63,997 nt of DNA, filler included, from Porpidia crustulata (GCA_964255105.1; 3 parts of 3 records of this genome joined end to end with filler, not necessarily neighbours in it); one strand, 5' to 3'. Positions 15,001-26,618 are shown, counted from the whole stretch's first letter. Notes: generated from the sequence alone by a model not told the origin. Translations and numbers: made by a program.

Positions 15001-17315
15001 AGAGAGGAGCTGACAGCCGCGCCAAGGACAGCCCCAGAAACGGCGCTCTTCCTGTTTCTGGATCTTGATCTAGACCTCGCTCTTGCCTGGTGCCGCGAGG
15101 CATGTACTGTGGTGGTAGAGCCACCTAGAAAACCGCCTTGTGGCTCTCTCTTATGGTCTCCGCCTTTCCTTGTGACACCACCTTCAACCCGCTCCTTAGA
15201 TCGACTTCGTACACGAGAATGAGCGTCAGACGATCTCCGCGAAAATCCGTTCTCGGTCCATTCCTTGGATCGACTTCGACGGCGAGATTTTGAGCCAGAA
15301 GATCTTTGGGTAACGCCTCGTGAAGTGATGCTGCTTCTATCAGGGGAATTATTACCGCGCGCGCCATGAACTGATGAAGGGTACCCAGGTTTGACGCTGT
15401 AGGTGTGTCCCAAATCATTCTTTCGGTTGAGGAGGTTCTCGCCGACTTTCGTCAGTCCATAACCTGCGACCCCCGTAGAGAGTAAAGACGACTTCTTGTT
15501 CCTTCGCCGACCTTCGCCATCAGAGGAGCCGTATCTGCTATCTTTGTCCACGCGAGTACTACTGCCTAGGTGTTCATTCGAACGACGGCGGCGATAATGG
15601 TGCTTTCGTGGTGCGTCGCGAGCCGAAGACCCAGGCACGAAGCAGTATCGGCAAACCCCAATATATTCAGTGTATTCCTCGAACTGGGCCACTCCCTCGG
15701 GATCCTTGAAGAAGTCTACAAACTTAGACAGTGGTCCGTGATGGCGGTGTTGCTGGGCCATTGAGGTTGTGTAGTAACTTTGGGCTGATGACTGATATGG
15801 TTCAGTGGAATTATGACCCGTCTCAACGGAAGGACGATGTTGAGCAGAAGAGTGATGGTTGTTTTGGACAGACGAGTGAAGATTACTTTGAGCAGACGAA
15901 TGATGATTATTTTGGAGAGCAGATCCTACGAGCCCAGCGACACCTGCTGCATAGATGGGAATATTAGATGGTTGGGAAGAATGCTTACCTGGTTTGGAAG
16001 GCGTTGAGTGCGTATTGATGGATTCCAAGGTACTCGGCAGCTGAGAAGGTGGGCGTTGAGCCGTAGATGAGGATGCACCATATATATCACTGGACAACGA
16101 TTCATGGACCGGCCGCTGCGACTGTGAGGATTGGCCGTCAATCATATGATAGGCACCAGCTGCCGCGGCGCTGAGAGTTGGTATGGAAGGAGTAGAAGAT
16201 GAGTGATGGCTGGTGTCGGGTACAGGCCTGTCGGAAGCTGAAGGATGTGTACTCGAATCCTGGTGATAGAGCGATGTTCCATTGGCTTTAGCTGGAAATT
16301 GACTGGAGATCGGTGGTTCCACAGGCTCAGGAGTAAAACTGCCATTAAAAAACGATGCTGCGGCACCGATCCCCCCTGTAGCACTCGGTTCTGGAGGTGG
16401 GGCGGCTACAGCAGAGGCAGGTTGGAGATGCGGTTCCGCTCCGACGATAAGAGATGGTGACTGCAGTCGAACGCCTGGTTGATCAGAGACAGACTGTCCA
16501 GCATCACCGTAGTATTCAGCTGCAAGACCTGGTCCGCCTTCGCTGACGGCTAGTGCAGGTCGATACGGCTCAGTTGACTGTGCCGGAAATTGGCCCGGAA
16601 ATTGATCTTGAACGTGAGATGATATGCTGACTGCAGCGTCTTGCGGTCCTCCAACAAAACCTCCATCGTACTGGCCTGGAAATTGCATGAAACCTGCGCT
16701 GCCGACTTGTTGATTGAAGTCGCCAAGTGCCCTGGAAGCCCCAAAATCGTCGCCGTCCCCACGCTCGGATCTGCTGAGTCCTCGGTCCTTCACTCGATCT
16801 TTGTCCTTCTGATCGCGTTTGCCCTTTCTCTCTCGGTGCTTATCACCTAGATCACGACTCCTCGAACGTTTCCTCTCGCCCTGCTTCCTATCTCTGCTTA
16901 AAGATCTTTCTCTCCTTCTTTCTCCCTTGCGATTACCCTCCTGGTCTTGATCATGCCCGTCGCGTCCAGCTTTCGATTTTGGCATTTGATCCGCAAGGCT
17001 TGCATTTCTGACCAGGCCTGGAGGGATATAGTGTTCCTGGTCGTTGTTCACCCCAGCGCTGTAGCTTAAGGCCACTGATGGTGAAGCGGTATTTGGATAT
17101 GGATTTTTGGTTGTGGAGGCGTAGCTCGTGGAGATCGGAGTGAAGCCCCGGTCGCGATTTTCAGCCTTTGAAGCCTTTTGATGTGCTAAGTTCGACGAAG
17201 CTGTTGATCCTGAGCGACGGCGTTTCGAAGTAGAATCACCGTTCTTGCGCCGGCTACTATGGGTGTTACTGTCATCGTCTACATCATTCGATTTTCCAGT
17301 AATTCGACTCCACAT
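1..17315 (-). CDS. lah: Leashin/Lah Woronin-body tethering protein (often annotated 'involucrin repeat protein'); single polypeptide of at least 5,723 aa, C-terminus runs off the window start
   Basis: Exons 17315-11331, 11266-1247 and 1164-<1. Intron 11330-11267 (GTATAT...GCTAAC...TGCAG) and intron 1246-1165 (GTAAGT...TACTAAC...TGTAG) are both phase 0 and join the frames. N-terminal motifs QFPGQ, GLAAEYYGDAGQSV and EEYTEYIGVCRYCF; long acidic disordered middle with poly-lysine clusters. The C-terminal exon reads EGWGDVHGQSPRSPTRPPSMRRRQS...coiled coil...DEDYFDDQCQQLCQHVQQWVLRFSK...RRDVFMSVVMTMIFDYIFTRYLFGMDREQRQKLK, matching my recollection of the conserved Lah C-terminal region. Confidence 0.85.
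15839..15915 (-). repeat. Imperfect 24-nt tandem repeat (x3) inside lah
   Basis: Encodes QNNHHSSA/QSNLHSSV/QNNHHSSA. Confidence 0.7.
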
Positions 17316-18006
17316 CTTCGCTTTATCCTCTGCGCTGATTGGCCGAGGACTGATGGCCTTTGGTGTGGTGGGCTAGCTGCTTGACAACTCACTTTTCATG
17401 TACTTCAGTACGCAAGATCTCGGATGTCAACAAGCTCAAAAGGTGCAAGAGGACTCTTGAATTAAGATAAAATACCAACTGCGTAATTGGGTATCAATAA
17501 GTAAATTCGTAAATTCGTCAATGATCCAAGCATATGTAGATCACTTTTTTCGCAGACACAGTGACTTGTGTGCTTCGTAGACACTGTTTGCCACGAGCTG
17601 AAATGATGCAAGATGGGGGTTGGGATTTCGCCTTAGCTGTAGGGCTGACGCTTGGCTAGAGGACAGTGAGGACCAATCCCTTGAACACAGGACTTGACCA
17701 ACATTGAGTTGGATGACTCGAGGCTTGATGCATAAATATCTAGTTCCTCAGACTGTGAGGGTGGTATTCTCTGTCTCGCCATGATTGAATAGTTGTGGTC
17801 TATCGGTCTATGTAATACTATGCCATTCTATGATTAAGCCCCAACGTTGCTAACTCTCATTTGCACCCTTCGCCATCCTCCGAAGACGACTTAGCCCATT
17901 GATAGCGCCAGCAATTACAGACGTGATGTATTTCACCGCTTTAGAATCAGAAGCAGCCCACCAAGAAGCAAATCCTGCTCATAAATCGATTAATTGCTTG
18001 TGTGGC

Positions 18007-20033
18007 CTAAAGGTGCGAGCCCCGAGCACCCCCTTTGATGTCGAGGTCTTCCACGAACGAAACCAGCTCCTGCTCCACCCTTTTGGGTTCCATATGCGGG
18101 TCGTACATTTTCGATCTGACCCATTGCTTAAGCTGTTCGTCCGTCATATCTCTGCATCGTGCTTCCCGGTCCACGCCAGCCTCCTGCGCAGCTTTGATGA
18201 CACCCATGGCAACGACAACGCTAACGTCCCTTATGCGCTTGATCTCCGGATACAGCCAGCCTTGAGAGACTTCATCAGAAGTCAAGGACGTGCTGAGTGA
18301 TGTCGCGGAAGCGTAGATCATAGATTGCGTGATTACGGTTGCTTTGGATAGAATCGCACCCAAACCTATACCAGGAAAAACATACATGTTATTACCTAGA
18401 GCAACACTGTCAGCGGGATTTCATGAGCATAGGAAGATCAAGCCCATGAAGACCTTCCACCGACCTTGTCCCGGAGTTTCGAGCTTTCCATCGTGCTCAA
18501 TCGATGCGAAAGGGCTCCCGCTTGCAAACAAGGCTCTGCCATTGGTGTACTTTAGGGCTTCTTCAAACGTACACTCTGAATTTGCGGATGGATTAGATAG
18601 TGGAAATATGATAGGATGGTCATTCCATTCGCCCATCTTGGTCAGGATCTTTGGGGTAAAAGCACCACCGATCGTTGAGAGACCCATTAAGATTGTGGGT
18701 TTTACGTATTCCACAACCTCAGCCAGTGACTTATACTGCTTGCCAGCATTGTCATGTCTTGAGAAATACAACTTGTGGTCGGCCAATTTATCGCCTCTGT
18801 CATCCGTGACTAGGCCTTTCGTATCAACAAGCCAAAAGCATTCTTTTGCTTGTTGTTCTGTAAGCCCCTCTCGCACGAAAAACTCAACGATCTGTTTTGC
18901 AACGCCGACTCCTGCACTACCAGCACCAAGGAATACTGCTCGCTGTCCCTTTACTGGTATTCCTGTCCGTTTTACCGCGCTTACAATCCCAGCCATAACA
19001 ACGGCACCAGTACCCTGGATATCGTCGTTGAAGCAGGTATACTTCTCCCGATACCTCTCAAGAGCTGGAAACGGATTCTTGAAGTCCTCGAATTGAATCA
19101 CAATCCTAGCTTATGTCAGTAATGTGGAAACCTGGTGAGAACTTAAGCGTTCAATGGTTCCTCTATCACCCGACATTGATAGCAAACATAAGTGAGGGGA
19201 TTAATATCATTAAGGCTTGCTACTGTGTCGAAGAATAGAAACGCAACTGACCCTGGCCATTTCTCGGTCAAAGCTTCCATCAATTCATCCAGAAAATCCT
19301 GCTCTTCCTGGGCAGATACCTTCTCCCTTCTGCTTCCCATGTACAAGGGATCGTCCCTCAAAGCTTTATTGCCAGTACCTAGATCTAGCATGAGGGGCAA
19401 AGTTGCCTCGGGTCTGATACCTGCACACCCAGTATAAAGTGCAAGCTTCCCCACTGGGATGCCCATCCCGTTGATGCCGAGATCTCCCAGACCTAGAATT
19501 CGGGAGCCATCTGTTACGACGGTAATCTCGACATTCGTTTGCGGCCAATTGTGGAGTATTGCGGCAATATGCCCACGATCCGAATAGGAAATATACAGCC
19601 CCTCTGGCTGCACGTAGTTATGAGACCACTGAATACACGCTTCTCCTACCGTCGGTGTATATATCAGTGGCGCTAGGTCTTTCATGTGTCGGACAACGAG
19701 GCGGTAGAACAGGTGAACATTCGTGTTGCGAAGGCCACTGAGGTACAAGTATTTGTCTATTGGTTCCGTCTTCTGTGCTATCTGCTTGAGGCATCGTTTG
19801 ACTTGGACTTCTGGATCTTCGACGCTCGGGGGAATGAGCCCATAGGTTCGATTGTACCTGCGAACAGCTGCCGAATGGGTGGTATCGTAATCACCACTCT
19901 TCGGTGTTTGAGATGAAGCCGACATGGTTATCAATTTCGAATGGTCGCGCAATAATGGCTTAGCTTTCGTCGGACGTAAATGGTAGCTTGAATTTCTAGA
20001 GCTTAATATGGTAGAAGCTCCTATTCTCTTCAT
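18007..20033 (-). CDS. Malic enzyme (NAD(P)-dependent, oxaloacetate-decarboxylating); start at ATG 19925 or upstream ATG 20033
   Basis: Motifs PLIYTPTVGEAC, VTDGSRILGLGDLG, IQFEDF, FNDDIQGTG, GAGSAGVG, FPLSNP and GQGNNMYVFPGIGLG. Introns 19251-19106 (GTCAGT...ACTGAC...TAG) and 18464-18396 (GTCGGT...GCTGAC...TAG) restore the frame. C-terminus is -SHL. Confidence 0.95.
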
Positions 20034-20980
20034 CAGTTGAGGACTCGGACTCGGGTCGACAGTGCGATGTACAAATAGATGCACTCTCTAGAATTTTCTT
20101 TTCGGGGCATGGAGGGTAAGCCCGAGCCGTGCATCGATCCTTCTAATAATCATAAGTTCATCACAGAATCACCAATTGGACGTACTCTACTTTAGCTGAC
20201 AAGCGGGACGGGGCTTGACGGGGAAATACGGAGGGAGATGCCGAATATCATTTGCTAAGTAGCTTCAACGATGCCGTTGGACTATGTGACTATATGACTA
20301 TCTAATAGGAATGGAGAGTGCTTTCAATAATGCTTGCCATAACGGACGTAACATTTTCGCCCAGTCCTTTAATTTTGCTGAGCTGTGGTGGTTCCACATC
20401 CCAACGATTCTCACTAAGTCAAACCCGAGTTCGGTGACTCGGGGTTCGTTACAACCAGCTTTGGCTGTACCTCCAAGGTTCAAGGGAATCGTGACCAAAA
20501 TTGACCGCTCTCATCAATACTGTCATTCTACTGGAATCTACAAGGTGACACCAGATCAGAAACATAACCTCTCCCATGTAGTATTTAGATTGTAATTTTG
20601 ATCAAATAGGTACTTAAGTTTACAAACGCGCAAGGAAGCTTCAGCTCGCGTGCACATACAAATATTGATTGATTGGATGATTGGGCCCAACCGGCAGTCA
20701 ATCACTTTAGCTGCCGCTGCCTAGGCCCTGACGTAACGTCAAGACCAACTTGCTGCTGGGTACGAGCTCCTCCGCCACCAAGTTCAAGGCAGTAAGGAGG
20801 GGCACAGTTACCATTCACCCAATTATACAAACAAGCACATCACTCTGTCATATTTAGAGTTGTCCAGACGAGCTTTGTTTCTTCGCTTTCTCTTTCATCA
20901 TTTTCACCGCTTCCCACGGCCGTTGACAGATTCCATATAACAGCTCGAAGTTCAAAAGCGTCAACGGTGATCTGACGGCC

Positions 20981-23256
20981 ATGTCTTCCTGCTTTGGTCG
21001 CAGTAAAGCTAAGGGCGAGGATACAGAGGCACTTCTCCCACAGTATGCAGACGACACGAGCTTGCAGAGGTCTCTGCATCAGAAGATGCACTCGTATCAG
21101 ATGGTTAGAGCGTTGTCTAAAGGGTATATGCCTTCTACAGAACAGCTCATCATCAATTTACGTACACTCCTGGCCTCCGACATATTGAACCCCGACAATC
21201 CAGACCTGAGTGACTCTGGTCGCTTACTCGTCAAGTACTCGAAACAATGGCTGACCGAGTTTATTGAACTTGTACGGCATAAGAACGATAACGATCAGAT
21301 CCAGGACTTTATATGGTTTCTATCCAATTCTAGGATTTCATTAGACGTCGACCATCTTACCAAGACTGCGTCCAATGTCAAAGCAAAAGCAGACGCCACT
21401 GCCGGTATGTTATCAATCCAGCCAGCCTTTTGATCTCGTTAATCGACCCTACAGCATATGAGAGCTTACGCACCGTCGGCAGCCTACTTTTGACAAATTC
21501 CGATTTCAGACTCTTCCTGGGCGATTTGGGCACAATTGGCCGCCAAGTCTTCGCAGATACTGCCTTCTCGCTATCGGGCGTTGCCGATGAGGTCGGCAAG
21601 CAGTTGGAGCCGTCTGAGAAAGATAAAGATATAGTAAAACAACCTGGATCTGAACCAGGGCCTCCCCCTACCGCCCATGATCTGGAGGACGAGCTGGTAC
21701 AAATCACGAACGTTGTGGGGAATGGAGCAGCAAAGACCGGGAAAGATGCCATATCGAGCATGAAAGAAAATGTTTCCGGCGAACAGAAGGAAACTCTGCT
21801 ACATCGTTTAAAAGAAGCTGTGCTGAGACTACGTAAACGGGATGACTATTCGGATTCAGTGTCGACCATTGGACTGCTGATCAAAAGATATGCCATGGCG
21901 TACTCACGCGCAGCTGATCAGACCATCAGTACCGCGCAAAAGGACGTCAACACCAATTCTGAACTCGACCGAGCCGTTCAGAACTTTTGGTCACTCATGA
22001 GGTCTTTTGGTGACCGAGAACAGTGGGAGCGGCTTGAAAAGCAGTTTGAGAAAGTCATGGGACACTCACAGAAGGATCCCGACTTTGAGAATTTGATGAT
22101 AGATGTTGGCGACTCAATACAGAAGTTGTTGACCGATCCAGACTTCTTTGAGTCTGCCGATAGAAAGATTCAAGAACTTCGCGACAAAGCCAAGCAAGCC
22201 GACAAAGAGTCTGATCTTCGAAAGGATATTGATGATCTTCTCTTACAGTTCCAAGCGACTGTCCAATCAGTCGTCGGCGACGACGACATCTCTAAATTGA
22301 TATCCACGACATCCAGAATCCTCAGTATCCTCTCCCCTGTACACGCTACCACCAATAAAGAACTTCTCGACGATTCCCTCCATGTCTTCCTACCGCTACT
22401 TATCCAAATGATTCAATACATCCCCATCCCCCGCCTTGAAGTCTCGGTGCCCGAAATTGACCTTCTCCTCGAAAACCTAATTCTTGAACCCGGCCGCACC
22501 GTGAATAACACATCATTTCTCCCCTACAAACTTCGCATTGAAACCTATAATAACCTTGAAATCCGGAAAGCCCGATATCGTACCACCACCGCCACCACCT
22601 CCAATCTCACCGTCAATCTCGCCGGTCTCTCCATCCGCGCGGATGAAATTGGCTTCTGGCTTCGCGCTCACTCTGGACTCCTCCGACTCGCAGACGAAGG
22701 CATCGCCTCCTTCCAGCTTGACGAAAAGGGCATCGATATTTCCATGGATGTCGAGCTTGGCCGCGAGCGAATCGAGAAATTGCTAACGCTCAAGGCTGTC
22801 CGTGTCCACATCCACCACCTGAACTACACCCTCCGCAAATCCAAATTTAGCTGGCTGGCTTGGCTGCTAACGCCCATCATGCGGCCAATCCTTCGCAAAA
22901 CCCTCGAAAAGCAAATCGCCACCGCCATCGCCGACGGCATGCACTTCGCGAACCGCGAACTCCTCTTCGCCCGCGAACGCCTCCGCGCGACCCGCATCTC
23001 CGACCCCAAGGACCTTCGCACATTCTTCAAAGCCGTGGTGGCGCGCCTGACGCCCGAGGAGGACCCGGACGTTTATACCGCTGTTGGAGTGACGCCGAGC
23101 AAGGGGGTTTTCAAGGGCGTGTATGCGCCGGGGAGTCTAGTCAAGCTGTGGGAGGAAGAGGGGGCGAGAGCGGGGGAGAGGGTCGATGAGGCGGGAGAGT
23201 CGAGGGGCTGGCGCAACGAGATTTTCGACGTGCAGAGTGTTATGATGGGGCAGTAG
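20981..23256 (+). CDS. Conserved fungal HAM1-like / DUF4449-type protein (often annotated bactericidal permeability-increasing-like protein)
   Basis: ORFs 20981-21433 and 21430-23256 are joined by the 50-nt intron 21405-21454 (GTATGT...TACAG), giving ...DATAAYESLRTVGSLLLTNSDFR. Family-typical segments include YIPIPRLEVSVPEIDLLLENL and RLADEGIASFQLDEKGIDI. Family name is from recall. Confidence 0.75.
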
Positions 23257-23755
23257 GCGATGGAAATCTGTGGTTGGAAAGGCCGGCTGTACAATAAATG
23301 GATTATGGGAACGAGAAAATTGGAAGATTGGACTGGATGATCTTATGGTTGAAAAAGTACAAAAGTCTAGGGTTGGCTATCGCGGGTCTTTGGTGTATGT
23401 GTGTCCGCAGACTGTATTACCAAGTAGGGTCCCAAAACTTGCTACATGTCCACTTATTGGAGACAGCCTACAGCGAAAAACAACCACGCTGAATAGTCAT
23501 ATATACAATCTCGTCCGCAATACTCGGATCTTCTGCACGGCTGATTGTTTGCTTCACCGATGTGATGGCAGGCAGGAAGCGATGTATATGCAATTCCTAC
23601 ATCAAATTTTCGGCTTTGGAATACGCTATACGGTAGTTGATACATATCCCTGCTCCTCGACGCACTTCAGCGCCACAGACCGTGCTTGAAGCGGAGATTC
23701 GCCGTTTTGCTACATGCACACCCTCGCTCTACCACTTTTGCACGCTCCCCTCACC

Positions 23756-23855
23756 NNNNNNNNNNNNNNNNNNNNNNNNNNNNNNNNNNNNNNNNNNNNT
23801 TAATTAATTAANNNNNNNNNNNNNNNNNNNNNNNNNNNNNNNNNNNNNNNNNNNN
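23756..23855. other. Assembly gap / artificial scaffold linker (44 N + TTAATTAATTAA + 44 N)
   Basis: N-runs flank a self-complementary 12-mer that places TAA stops in all six frames; an identical construct occurs at 47585-47684. Confidence 0.97.
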
Positions 23856-26414
23856 GGCGATGGTTGTGCAGGGCGAGGGGGCGGCGGGCGCGGGAGGATT
23901 CTTGGAGGAGGGCGGTAAGGTGCGTGAAGGTTGTGCGGGCAAGTGACTGGGAGAGGGTGTTTAGGGAGGATAAGGGATGGGGAATTAGGATGGGGACTTA
24001 CGATCGTGGTTTCAATGAGTTTGGCGGAGCAGGGTTTACTGAGGAGATGCTGTAAAATTACCGATGCTGGATGGAAGACTTCACAGAATGCTGATTTGTC
24101 GGCCCAGAGGTCAGCCATCGATCTGATTATAATAATGCTAGTTTCGAGCAGCGATATTTTGAGATCCTCCCTTTCCGCAGCTGTGGCTTCAGGGTTAGGG
24201 AGGATATCCCAAAATCTTAGTTTTCTACTGGGCCTTTGCGGTGCCCTTGAAACAGCGCTCATCCGAAGCGACGGTAAGGATGCGTTTTGTGGAAAGGATC
24301 CGTATGCGACTTTCGGTGTTACCGGTGCCGTCATTACAACGGTGTTCAGAGTATAGTTGACCAGTTCCGGGATGTACCTTCTTGATAGCCGCTGATATTG
24401 AAGACACAGACTTCCAAGATAGGTTCCCATAGCAAGCTCGTCCAAAGTTTGAGGTACTCTCTGGCTCATGTAGCGAGTCATACATAGTGTTGCTGGTGTC
24501 ACAACCTGATGAAAATGATCTGACGTCGGAAACGTTGAGGCGATTGCCGTGAAAATGACTAGGTCACCAGGGGTAGGAGCCATGGGTCTAGTCTCATGGA
24601 TTGCCTTTAAATGTGATCGGAATGCTCGGCCAACTTCCTCTGGAAATGATTTTGCGAGCGAATGGACATGACGGATGAGCTGTTCAAGAATGGCAAAGGG
24701 TGGGTGATCAGCTGAATCAGCTAAAAAGGAGATGTGATCAACAAGGATGCTCGAAAAAACTGCTAGTTTTGCTTTATTGTCGCTATGAAGCTTTGGATGG
24801 TACAAGGCTCGTATCCTTTGTATGACAGTAGGCAAGTCGTTGATCTCGATATTTTTGGTACTGTCCAGGAATTCGTCGTGGCTTTGTGGACACGGATATG
24901 TGTATGCCAAGCTACTAGACAAGCTGTCGCCCTCCTTGTTCTTGCTATTACTGTCAGAGACACCGAATCCCTCTCGGCCAGCATCGCCATTTGACAGCAA
25001 GCTTTGAACGAATTCCCGATCATCGTCGTCATCACTACGACCTGCCCCAGAGTGTTCCGTTTGCTCGCTTTCGGAGAGGTCTGTATCTGATGCACTGGCA
25101 ATTAAATTGTCTTCAATTATAAACTCATCTTCGTCCTCAACATCCAACTGCAGGTTCTCGCTTTGTCCGGGGAGGCCAGGCCCGAGGCCAGCTGAATCTT
25201 CGTTCTCCTCATCGATGTCTTCGTCGGCAGTAGGTGTTTCCCTCAGATCTACCTTTTCTTCATCGTCACTCTCTGGCTCACCTCTCATTCTTCGAAGCCT
25301 TTGTTCCTCAAGTTCCTCGAGACGCTGCGCTTCACGCTCTAATTTCTGCTCCTCTGTCATCGTTCGCTCCGTCGGCTTGGCCCGCTGGTCAAGGGCCATC
25401 TGACGAAGCCTTTCATCGTACTCCTTGTCCGCTTGCGACCTATCTTTCCCATCTAGTAGCGCTTGCCGATCTGGGTTTATTGTAGTATCTTGAATAACCG
25501 GTCTCGCAGGGGGTAAGACTTGACGCTGGGGTCCTCGCAGAAGCGTGAAGAGGTCAGGGAGGCCCTTGTCCAACTCAGCTCTTAAATCGTCGTCATCTTC
25601 CTTTGCCTGTTGGCGCTCGTATTTATGAAGCTTCGATTTCGCAATAACTTCACTCATCACTTCTTTCTTAGTCTTGAAGCGATCATGTTGTACGGTCTCT
25701 TCGGCAACAGACAGGTCTTCATCGGAGATGTCGGATCCACAAATTCTCTGGCGCTTGTGACGCCTTTCTTGGTCGAGTTCAACTTCGTTGTTAGAGAGAC
25801 TAGAGTCTGCTTCGTCAAAGTCATCCACCTTCGGCACCTCGAACGAAAGTGATTGACCGAAGTGGGTCAACTGTCCATCCTCCTCGGCATCTTCAAGATC
25901 AAAGAGGGAACCTTTCTTGCTACTCTTCTGCTTCTCCCGTACGAATCGTTCGAGGGATTTCTCCTCAGGCGTCATTGTAGGGTCGTTCTCTCCAATTCTT
26001 CGGTCTAATATGCCACCCACTTTCTTACGCCGTTGCATCTCCACAAGAAGGGTCCTTCTTCGCTATGATTCTCTATATTAGTATCCAAGATACCAATTCG
26101 GTTTGGATATACCGTACATTTTCCTCCCCCAAGCCTTTAGTTACCCCAGGCCGTCCAATCACATTTTTAGCTACCCTTCCCCCAACAGAGTTATTGTCCG
26201 TGACTTCGAATTTGGTAGGTCTAGAAGGTGCTTTATTATCGAAGGGTTTGAACTGCTCTCGTATCCCTTGAAGGGCGACGGTGCGCTGCACCTTGCCATC
26301 TCTTACAGCCCCGTTCTGGGAGGCTTGCTTTTTTTGTTTCTTAGACTTCTGGGGGCCAACAACACCAGATTCACGAAGCGAAGCTTTCAGTCGTTTCAGT
26401 TGTGACGGCGCCAT
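23856..26414 (-). CDS. NOP14: Nucleolar protein Nop14 (SSU processome); 3' end truncated by the gap
   Basis: N-terminus MAPSQLKRLKASLRE; motifs KVGGILDRRIGENDP, LTHFGQSL, KTKKEVMSEVIAKSK, PTERTMTEE, FPTSDHFHQVVTPA and RRYIPE. Introns 26117-26063 and 24001-23947; after the second the frame reads ...ARRPLALHNHR into the N-run. Confidence 0.93.
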
Positions 26415-26618
26415 TCATGCGAAGCCTAAAGCTTCCGTAAGTCGGTCTGCAAGTTGATCTCTGAGGAACTCTCGCACGCCTTTTGACAGGATTTTGAAGT
26501 GCGACTGCGGGCGGAACTTCGGAGTCGGTGCATCTCCTGCCGATGTTTGTTTTGCGGAGACATTCCGCTTTCACTTCTACTCATCCACTCATTCTCAAGT
26601 CGACTGAGCCTACAGCAA

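Noticed and set aside
18329..19096. Long antisense ORFs (also 39680-40294, 48669-49241, 53611-54423, 58318-58839 and many within lah)
   Set aside because: All lie opposite well-supported CDSs and lack family motifs; expected shadows.
23800..23811. Perfect palindromic TTAATTAATTAA, also at 47629-47640
   Set aside because: Embedded symmetrically in N-runs both times; a synthetic six-frame stop linker, not biological.
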